Assembly: GCA_965219995.1 (NCBI GenBank)
Contig: CBDCOX010000002.1
Location: 1,408,001 to 1,472,000 of the forward strand
Direction: 5' to 3'
DNA from: Candidatus Latescibacterota bacterium
Lineage (GTDB): Bacteria > Latescibacterota > UBA2968 > GCA-2709665
Length of the DNA: 64,000 nt
Made by a program: the position numbers and the translations under genes. Under the pieces are notes generated by a model that saw only the letters and a list, made by a program, of their open reading frames with translations, had not been told where the DNA came from and did not search any database. Within the stretch, counting starts at the first letter, position 1. The number at the start of each line of letters is the position of its first letter. Below are positions 57,225 through 64,000 of this stretch, in pieces.

Positions 57225-57396
57225 GCCACAAAAGGCACAAAAACAGCGATTCTGTTACAGGGCGTATAGCCGAAAGACTATGCAAATACGTCCAGGGTCG
57301 CGGCGTTACGACACACGCCGTTTCGCACCAATACCCTTTGTGTCTTTTGTGCTTTCTGTGGCCAATTTAAAGGTTATTTTTTTCGAGTTAAGGCTA
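57225..57396. repeat. Inverted pair of family B repeats; right part homologous to the left end of the 28101 MITE
   Basis: GCCACAAAAGGCACAAAAACA (57225-57245) faces CTTTGTGTCTTTTGTGCTTTCTGTGGCC (57336-57363); 57319-57396 is 67/78 identical to 28101-28178, inverted. Confidence 0.8.
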
Positions 57397-57407
57397 ACCG
57401 TTCAGCG

Positions 57408-58103
57408 TTACAACGCTTCCCGCCAGACGGCGCGCTCGTCCTTATCGAAATTCCAGAGTTTGCGCCCGGCCAACACTTTCTTGAACGACGTTACGTCCAG
57501 TCGCCTGTCCAGATGTTCCTGTACGGAAGCGCTCAGAAAAGCGAACTCGTCCTCGGCGGGCGTTTCGACCACCGCGTCATTGCCCAGTTCCGCGATCTCA
57601 CCGCCGACGAAACACTCGGTCTCGTACATCGAATCGGCGAAGGCGTCGCCGGTGTCGCCGCAAACGATGATGCGACCCCTCTGGCCCATGAAGCCGGCCA
57701 TATACCCGCAATCTCCGCCGACGACGATCAGCCCGCCCTTCATTGCCACGCCCAGCCGCGCCGAGGCGTGACCCCGGACCACCACCGTCCCCCCGCGAAT
57801 GGACGCCGCGGAACCGTTTCCCGCGTTGCCGTGGACGATGACCTTCCCGCTCATCATTGACTCCGCCAGGCCCCACCCCGCACTGCCCTTTACCTCGACG
57901 GTCGCCCCGTCGATCATACCGCCGCAATAATATCCTACGCTACCGTCCAGCGTGAGATGGACTGGGTCCAGGAGCGCCACCCCCAGATTATGCCGCGCAC
58001 CCGGATCCAGGACACGCACTTCGCCTTCCCCCGCGGAAACGAACGCCCTGATCTCCCGGTTGATCTCCCGCGTCGTCTTTCCGTTGCAGGTCAGTTGTGC
58101 CAT
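57408..58103 (-). CDS. mgsB: GXGXG domain protein (MgsB/GlxC)
   Basis: TREIN, PGARHNL, GSVGYYCGG, AESMMSG, MKGG, GFMGQRG, DSMYE, RKLWNF. Confidence 0.88.
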   Translation of the reverse strand: MAQLTCNGKTTREINREIRAFVSAGEGEVRVLDPGARHNLGVALLDPVHLTLDGSVGYYCGGMIDGATVEVKGSAGWGLAESMMSGKVIVHGNAGNGSAASIRGGTVVVRGHASARLGVAMKGGLIVVGGDCGYMAGFMGQRGRIIVCGDTGDAFADSMYETECFVGGEIAELGNDAVVETPAEDEFAFLSASVQEHLDRRLDVTSFKKVLAGRKLWNFDKDERAVWREAL

Positions 58104-58996
58104 AGCCGCATGTCCTTCGCACGGGCTTCAACCACGTCGTAGCATCCATCGAGGGCCGAACGGAACGCAATCTCTTCCGTGGCCACCGCTGCGAAATCGG
58201 CCGTTTCCGCAAACAGGAGCGGTTTGAAGGCGTACGGATCCCGGACGAAACCGACGGCGTCGGGTGTGGCCACCAGATAGCTGAACGAGCCGTCCAACTC
58301 TACCAGAGAGGCGGCCATTGCCGCCTCCAGGTCCTTTCCGTCCGCAAGTTTCCGGTGCAGGTACATCCCGATGATTTCGGAATCGTTCTCGGTATAGAAC
58401 CTTGCGCCGTCTTGCTCGTAGATGCGCCGCAACTTGTGGTAATTGGTAATGTGTCCGTTATGGACAATGGCCAGGTCCGGATGGCCGTGGGCCCAGAACG
58501 GCTGGGAATGGCTCAGATCGATTCTGGATTCGGTAGAAAGGCGGGTATGGCCGATGCCGTGGGTCCCTTTGAAGCCGGAAATCCGGTAGGTCTTGTCGAG
58601 GTTCCGGGGTGACCCCACCTGCTTGACGATTTCCAGCCGGTCTCCCATACTCACCACCTCCACACCCTCGCCCGCGGCCTCAATGGCCTCTTCGAGTTGC
58701 CCGGGCGCTCCGTCATAGGCGACGACCAGACGCAGGTACTCCTCCGTTCGGGCCCAACCGGACACGCCGCCGATTGCCTCCGCCCGTGCGACGACCCGCC
58801 GCGCGGTTGCCTCGTAATCCGCGTGTACTCCCAGACTCACGCGGAGGACCATGCCCCCGTATTGTCCTCCACCATACAGCGCAACGCCTGCCGAATCCGG
58901 CCCCCGGCAGTCCAGGGCGCCCAGCATTTTGAGGATGGTCTGCCCGAGACCGCCGGTATCGTCCTGCCGGTTCCAGAATCCCACAATGCCGCACAT
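58091..58996 (-). CDS. mgsA: Class II glutamine amidotransferase (MgsA/GlxB)
   Basis: N-terminal MCGIVG (start 58996), RGPDSAG, GHTRLSTES, HNGHITNY, TENDSE. Confidence 0.88.
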   Translation of the reverse strand: MCGIVGFWNRQDDTGGLGQTILKMLGALDCRGPDSAGVALYGGGQYGGMVLRVSLGVHADYEATARRVVARAEAIGGVSGWARTEEYLRLVVAYDGAPGQLEEAIEAAGEGVEVVSMGDRLEIVKQVGSPRNLDKTYRISGFKGTHGIGHTRLSTESRIDLSHSQPFWAHGHPDLAIVHNGHITNYHKLRRIYEQDGARFYTENDSEIIGMYLHRKLADGKDLEAAMAASLVELDGSFSYLVATPDAVGFVRDPYAFKPLLFAETADFAAVATEEIAFRSALDGCYDVVEARAKDMRLWHN

Positions 58997-59108
58997 TGTC
59001 TTTTCTCCGGAATTGCACAAAAAAACCCGAACCAGCTTCGGTGAAGCGGGTACGGATGATCGCACCGCACAGGACAAAAGTCAAGCCAAACAATAACTGT
59101 CCCGTCCC

Positions 59109-60458
59109 CTATCGGGCAGCCCCGCAGCACCGCTTGAATTTCCTTCCGCTGCCGCAGGGACAGGGCTCGTTCCGGCCCGTGCTTCGGGCCCGGGAGGCCG
59201 CCCGTCGTGATTCCCCGGCCCGCACCCAATGCATCACGTTCGCCGCGGGCCGGCCAGCCGCGAGTTCCTTCGCCATCATCTGCATGTAGGGGTCCACGTG
59301 GCCGAAGAACATCTTGTACCCCGTGCAGAGGTAGTTCAGCCCTGCCTCCCCGTCGGGCGTATGGATGAACCTCTGCTTGGGACAGCCCCCGTTGCACGCA
59401 AACCTGTAGTCGCAGGCCCTGCAATACGCGGGCAGGGTATCCCGCTTGTCGGACCCGAATTTCTCCTGCAGGGGGCTGGACACCATTTCACGAATGCTCT
59501 TTTCGCGGACGTTGCCGAGATTGTACCGGGGATAAACGAAATGGTCGCAGGAATACAGATCTCCGTTGTGTTCGATGATCAGCGCCCTGCCGCACTTTTC
59601 CGCGAAGATGCAGAGACTGGCGTCCTGGCCCATCCAGCTTCCCAGCGCGATATCGAACATCTGGACGAAATACCGGCCAACGTCCTTTCGGACCCATTCG
59701 TCGAAGACCGCGCAAAGGAACCGGCCGTACTGCGCCGAGCCCACCGACCACTTCGAAACCTGAGCCCGCCCGTCGAACTCCGGCGCCACAAGCTCCAGGA
59801 GATCGTCACCAGGCGAGTCCGCGATTCGCTCCACAATCGGGATGAACTGCATGTAGCGGCTCCCGATGGACTTGAGAAAGCGGTAGACTTTCACCGGATA
59901 ATCCGCGTTATGGGCCTGCAGCACCGTGAGGGTATTGTATTCCACCCGGTGATGCTTCAGGACGTCCAGACCCGCCATCACGCGGTCGAACGTGGGCTTT
60001 CCCCCTTTGTCCACCCGGTACCTGTCGTGCATCTCCCGCGGTCCGTCCACGGACAATCCCACCAGAAACCCGTGTTCGGCCAGAAACTCCCCCCACTCGT
60101 TGTCGAGCAGGATTCCGTTGGTCTGGAAGGCATTCGTGATGGTTTTTCCATTGGCATACGTCGACTGAAAGTCCACCGCCCGCCGGTAGAAATCCACGCC
60201 CATCAGAGTCGGTTCGCCGCCCTGCCAGGCAAAATGCACCTCCGGGACGTCCTGCGCTTCGATGTAGTGGCGGACGTACAGCTCCAGCGTCCCGTCGTCC
60301 ATCCGCCAGTTCCCGCCGGCGTCGGGGTACAGCTTTTCCTTCTCCAGGTAGAAACAGTACTTGCAATCTATATTGCAGACCGCGCCGGACGGCTTTGCCA
60401 TCACGTGACAGGCTTCGGCGGATTCGATGGTCGTCTCGTCGATTGCCATTTCGGTCAT
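59109..60458 (-). CDS. Anaerobic sulfatase maturase (radical SAM/SPASM) with C-terminal SEC-C motif
   Basis: HVMAKP, CNIDCKYC, WQGGEP, YSCDHFV, CRAC..CNGGCPK, GRNEPCPCGSGRKFKRCC; start ATG 60458. Confidence 0.93.
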   Translation of the reverse strand: MTEMAIDETTIESAEACHVMAKPSGAVCNIDCKYCFYLEKEKLYPDAGGNWRMDDGTLELYVRHYIEAQDVPEVHFAWQGGEPTLMGVDFYRRAVDFQSTYANGKTITNAFQTNGILLDNEWGEFLAEHGFLVGLSVDGPREMHDRYRVDKGGKPTFDRVMAGLDVLKHHRVEYNTLTVLQAHNADYPVKVYRFLKSIGSRYMQFIPIVERIADSPGDDLLELVAPEFDGRAQVSKWSVGSAQYGRFLCAVFDEWVRKDVGRYFVQMFDIALGSWMGQDASLCIFAEKCGRALIIEHNGDLYSCDHFVYPRYNLGNVREKSIREMVSSPLQEKFGSDKRDTLPAYCRACDYRFACNGGCPKQRFIHTPDGEAGLNYLCTGYKMFFGHVDPYMQMMAKELAAGRPAANVMHWVRAGESRRAASRARSTGRNEPCPCGSGRKFKRCCGAAR

Positions 60459-60508
60459 CCGGTTTGAAATGCGGCGGCCTGCGCCCGGCAAACGTTGCAG
60501 GAACCCGT

Positions 60509-61354
60509 CTACGCGTCGGCCAGTGCGGCCGGGTCGAACGTCCGAACGTGCGCGTCGCCGCCGCCGGCCGTCCCCTTCCACGCGTAGGGGTCTTCTCCCG
60601 CCACCATAATGATGCCCCTGTAGTCGGCCCTCGCCATCCTTCCGTCGTCCGGCGTGTGCCACGGCAGAAGAGAGTAAGCATTCATATAGTGATTCACCAG
60701 GACCCGCCGGAACCGGTCGGAGCGGTTCTTTCGCGAACGGTGCAACAGGTAGCCGTTGAAAAAGACCACAGCTCCCGCACCGCAGGTCACCGGCATTTCG
60801 CCATCGTCGTCGAAGCCGTAGGACTCCTGGGCGGAGTCGAACTCCTCAGGCCGCCCGTGCGAACGCTGGGGATACAGATAACCGGACCGGTGGGATCCGG
60901 GAAGCACCCACATGCACCCGTTTTCCACGGTCGCGTCGTCCAGCGCGTACCAGGCGCCGGTGAGGCTTCTGTCACGCGTGGGGATGTACACCTCGTCCTG
61001 ATGCCAGGCCTGCCCGGGAAACCCGGGCGGCTTGATGAAGAGCATGGTCTGCATGCACTTGACGTCCGGCGCCACCAGCCGTGAAAGCGCCCTGGCAACC
61101 TTCCGATGCGCGAGGGCCCTCCGCATGAACGGACTGATGTGGTGCGGCTGGTGGATGCACAGGTATTGCGAAAGGGCGGCTTCGTCGGACATCGCGTTGG
61201 GCACCGGTTTTAGATTCTCGCTCTTGTACGCTCCGCGACAGAGCTTTACCGCATCACCACGAATAGACGCCACGTCCTCTTCGCTCAAAAGCTCTTCGAC
61301 GACAAGATACCCCTGGTCCCGGTAAGACTCGACCTGTGCGATCGACAGTTCCAT
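60509..61354 (-). CDS. PhyH family dioxygenase
   Basis: FIKPPG.PGQAWHQDE, DATVENGC, PGSH, LLHRS..NRS..RR; start ATG 61354. Confidence 0.92.
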   Translation of the reverse strand: MELSIAQVESYRDQGYLVVEELLSEEDVASIRGDAVKLCRGAYKSENLKPVPNAMSDEAALSQYLCIHQPHHISPFMRRALAHRKVARALSRLVAPDVKCMQTMLFIKPPGFPGQAWHQDEVYIPTRDRSLTGAWYALDDATVENGCMWVLPGSHRSGYLYPQRSHGRPEEFDSAQESYGFDDDGEMPVTCGAGAVVFFNGYLLHRSRKNRSDRFRRVLVNHYMNAYSLLPWHTPDDGRMARADYRGIIMVAGEDPYAWKGTAGGGDAHVRTFDPAALADA

Positions 61355-61401
61355 CGTGGATCCCCGCGTGTACGACGGTCTTCGTTGACATAACTTACTG
61401 A

Positions 61402-61430
61402 AAAATAAGCGCGGCATTCCTCAAAGTCAA
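61402..61430 (-). promoter_or_regulatory. Putative promoter of the PhyH-anSME unit
   Basis: TTGACT-17 bp-TATTTT. Confidence 0.55.
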
Positions 61431-61498
61431 TGCCGGCCGTTACCGTCCCGGTTCCAACAATATCGTTCCGGGCGTCCCGCAATCAACGCCGGAGGTCT

Positions 61499-62638
61499 CT
61501 ACCCGGATTTCGACGAGGATCTCACCTGATCGTACACCGCCTCAAGCCGGATACCCAGCTTCCGCATATCGTGGGCGTCTTCCGCGTGCGCGCGCCCCGC
61601 CCGGCCCATGTCGTCCCGAAGACGGCCGGAGCCCAGCAGCGCATCCAGACCCTCCGCCAGTCCGTCCGCGTCCCGTTCCGGGAACAACAACGAGCACCGG
61701 CCGTCGGGTGCGACCGTCGGGATGTCTGCATGGAGCGACGAGACGATCGGCAGCCCGGAGGCCATCGCTTCGATCAACGCCACCGGCGCCCCCCCTTCCG
61801 TGTCGCCGTCCGAGGCGGTCACGCTCGGATACAACAGCACGGCTGCCCGTGCAAGTTCCGCGAGACACGCCGCGTGGGGCAACATACCCAACAGGACGAC
61901 GCGGTCTCCGAGCCCGAGCCGGGCGATTTCCCTTTCCACCTCCGAACGCAATTCGCCGTCGCCGATAATGCGCACCTTCAGGCCGGGATGCGACCCAAGG
62001 ATTTTCCGGCAAGCCCGGAGCCCGTAAACGTGTCCCTTTTTCTCACGGAAGTTGGCGTACATCAGTACCACCGCCTCCTCCCTGGCCTCCGGCGGAGACT
62101 GCGCGATCTTCACGAGGTCGACGCCCAGACGGTGAAGGTGGATCTTATCGGGCGGGCAACCGATGGAGACGAGCGATTCGCCCATATGCGGCCCCTCCAC
62201 CAGGAAGCGTTCTCCCTCGCGAAACAGCCGCCGAAACCGGCGCCTCCACAGCCGCCGGCGCGGCAGCGCGGACGCGTCCATCCCATAGAACGTGGTCACC
62301 ATTGGCACGCCCGCGCTGCGGCGCGCCGCCAGGCAGAAATATCCCTCCTGCCCGAAATGGGCATGTGCGATCGCGGTGCGTTCCTCTCTGAGGACATTCC
62401 CGTAGCCGGCGTACGTTCCCCGGAATTTGCGTATCACCCTGTAGACCGACCTGCGCAGCCGCGGCAGGTCTTCGCTCGAATGTAGCGTTTCAACCGGAAA
62501 TACGTCCTCATTGCGCCGTGCCTGTGTCAACACGACGGGCCGATATCGCGTGAGGCTGCGAATCTGGTCGTAACACCAGACCATGGTCAGGGTCAGGAAC
62601 GGATTCGCGCAGTGCGCCACCGTTGGCTTTTCCGGCAT
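61499..62638 (-). CDS. Glycosyltransferase family 4 (WcaL-like)
   Basis: HAHFG, TTFYGMD, EKKG, PSVTASDGDTEGGAPVALIEAMASGLP. Confidence 0.92.
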   Translation of the reverse strand: MPEKPTVAHCANPFLTLTMVWCYDQIRSLTRYRPVVLTQARRNEDVFPVETLHSSEDLPRLRRSVYRVIRKFRGTYAGYGNVLREERTAIAHAHFGQEGYFCLAARRSAGVPMVTTFYGMDASALPRRRLWRRRFRRLFREGERFLVEGPHMGESLVSIGCPPDKIHLHRLGVDLVKIAQSPPEAREEAVVLMYANFREKKGHVYGLRACRKILGSHPGLKVRIIGDGELRSEVEREIARLGLGDRVVLLGMLPHAACLAELARAAVLLYPSVTASDGDTEGGAPVALIEAMASGLPIVSSLHADIPTVAPDGRCSLLFPERDADGLAEGLDALLGSGRLRDDMGRAGRAHAEDAHDMRKLGIRLEAVYDQVRSSSKSG

Positions 62639-62728
62639 TCACAGATCCTCTCGATCGTACTGACGGGGACCATTCCGCGGCGCCTGGCGGATCGTCCGGC
62701 AGCGCGTGTTCCCGCCGTGACGAAACAC

Positions 62729-62757
62729 TTGACACCCCGCGCCGCTTCGCATAATAT
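62729..62757 (+). promoter_or_regulatory. Putative promoter of rhaB
   Basis: TTGACA-17 bp-TAATAT. Confidence 0.55.
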
Positions 62758-62811
62758 CGCAAACGATCAACCTGTGCACAACGCGAACATGGCGGACAGG
62801 AAGGAGTCTCG

Positions 62812-64000
62812 ATGTCACAGACCTATCTCGCCTTCGATCTCGGCGCGTCCAGCGGTCGGGCTGTGATCGGCCGCTTCGACGGAAGGGCCGTCGAACTCGA
62901 GGAAATCCACCGCTTCACCAACGGCCCGGTCTCCGTTGCGGGAGGGCTCTATTGGGATGCCCTTCGGCTCTATGACGAAATGCTCGCCGGGCTTCGAAAA
63001 TGCGTGCAGATCTCCGGACCGGAGTTCGCGGGAATCGGCATCGACACCTGGGGCGTGGATTTCGCGCTCCTGGACAGCGGCGACGAACTCCTGGGGAATC
63101 CCCGATGCTATCGGGATTCGCGCGTCCGGGGAATGATGGAAAGGGCGTTCGGCCGCGTCTCCAGAGAAGAAATCTTCGAACAGACCGGCCTGCAGTTTCT
63201 GGAAATCAATACGCTCTATCAGCTGCTGTCGATGGTGGAGAGGAATGCCTCGCGTCTGCGAATGGCTCGCGCATTCCTGATGATGCCGGACCTGTTCAAC
63301 TTCTGGTTGACCGGGCGCAAGGTTTGCGAGTTTTCGAACGCCACCACCACCCAGTTCTATAACCCGGGAACCGGCGGATGGGCAGCCGACCTGCTGGACC
63401 GGCTCGACATCCCCGTCGACATGCTTCCCGAAATCGTTCCGCCGGGAACGTCCCTCGGAGCGCTTCGCCCGGAGATTGCGGCGGATGCCGGCGTCCGTTC
63501 CGGCGACGTGATCGCCCCGGCGTGTCACGACACCGGATCTGCCGTGGCGGCCGTTCCCTTTTCGGACACCGACGCGGCGTACATCAGTTCCGGTACCTGG
63601 GCGCTGCTCGGCGCGGAACTGCCGGCCCCGAACGTAACCCCTGAAGCCCTTCGGTTCAACTTCACCAACGAAGGCGGCGTCTGCGGCACCTTCCGCTTTT
63701 TGAAGAACGTCACCGGGCTGTGGATCGTCCAGGAGTGCAGACGCGTCTGGGAGAACCAGGGGCGCGACTTTTCGTTTTCCGACCTCGTCCTGCTGGCGGA
63801 AGCGGCGCCCGCATTGACCTCGTTCATCGACCCCGACCACCCGGAATTCGTTGAGCCGGGAGATATGCCTGCGCGGATCCGCGCGTACTGCAAGCGGACG
63901 GGACAGACCGAACCCGCCACCGACGGCGCCGTCATCCGGTGCGCCCTGGAGAGTCTCGCCCTCAAGTGCCGACACGTCCTGGATGATCTCGAGTCGGTCC
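62812..64000 (+). CDS. rhaB: Rhamnulokinase-like FGGY kinase, truncated at the window end
   Basis: Not in the ORF track (no stop). ATG after AGGAG SD; MSQTYLAFDLGASSGR..EIHRF.N..GIDTWGVD..INTLYQL..ACHDTGSAV..SSGTW..FTNEGG..LKNVTGLWIVQE. Confidence 0.9.
   Translation, partial: MSQTYLAFDLGASSGRAVIGRFDGRAVELEEIHRFTNGPVSVAGGLYWDALRLYDEMLAGLRKCVQISGPEFAGIGIDTWGVDFALLDSGDELLGNPRCYRDSRVRGMMERAFGRVSREEIFEQTGLQFLEINTLYQLLSMVERNASRLRMARAFLMMPDLFNFWLTGRKVCEFSNATTTQFYNPGTGGWAADLLDRLDIPVDMLPEIVPPGTSLGALRPEIAADAGVRSGDVIAPACHDTGSAVAAVPFSDTDAAYISSGTWALLGAELPAPNVTPEALRFNFTNEGGVCGTFRFLKNVTGLWIVQECRRVWENQGRDFSFSDLVLLAEAAPALTSFIDPDHPEFVEPGDMPARIRAYCKRTGQTEPATDGAVIRCALESLALKCRHVLDDLESV

Noticed and set aside
57088-57771. 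227-aa plus-strand ORF as a transposase remnant
   Set aside because: Made of repeat sequence plus antisense of mgsB; no DDE or HUH motifs
62815-63975. 386-aa minus-strand ORF
   Set aside because: Antisense shadow of the plus-strand rhamnulokinase starting at 62812
1-64000. Selenoprotein read-through, DGR, retron, prophage or anti-phage defence genes
   Set aside because: No in-frame TGA at a catalytic Cys position noticed, and no reverse transcriptase, template/variable repeat pair, phage or defence domains recognised

Overview
GC-rich bacterial chromosomal window with about 55 CDS, 2 tRNA genes (Leu-TAA, Cys-GCA) and no rRNA, CRISPR array, prophage or intact transposase. The gene content (four PhyH-type dioxygenases, a DUF6785-like membrane protein, a DUF4837-like lipoprotein, an HhH/beta-barrel protein, a stand-alone GroES-like gene, anSME) suggests an FCB-group lineage such as Latescibacterota, possibly host- or sponge-associated; this is inference only. 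Main blocks: (1) 1.6-10.5 kb, a cusCBA-like metal efflux operon with an HMA protein, ferritin and an ABC exporter, headed by a Cys-rich small ORF that looks like a ribosome-stalling leader and is followed by anti-SD elements; (2) 12-18.9 kb, envelope genes and tRNAs; (3) 28-29.6 kb, a low-GC patch bounded by inverted repeats that holds a 220-bp MITE with a 7-bp target duplication, several dispersed periodic repeat families and one cargo ORF; (4) 36.4-46.7 kb, a co-oriented catabolic run of unknown substrate; (5) 47-59 kb, an N-methylglutamate-type amine pathway with two divergent mgsA/mgsB pairs, one mgsC, a divergent GmaS-like ligase and an Fe-S-retaining SoxA-like subunit. Best candidates for undescribed biology are the duplicated NMG-like module, the short periodic repeat families with their inverted-repeat cassette, and the metal-operon leader peptide. 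All family calls come from motif recognition by eye; no searches were run.
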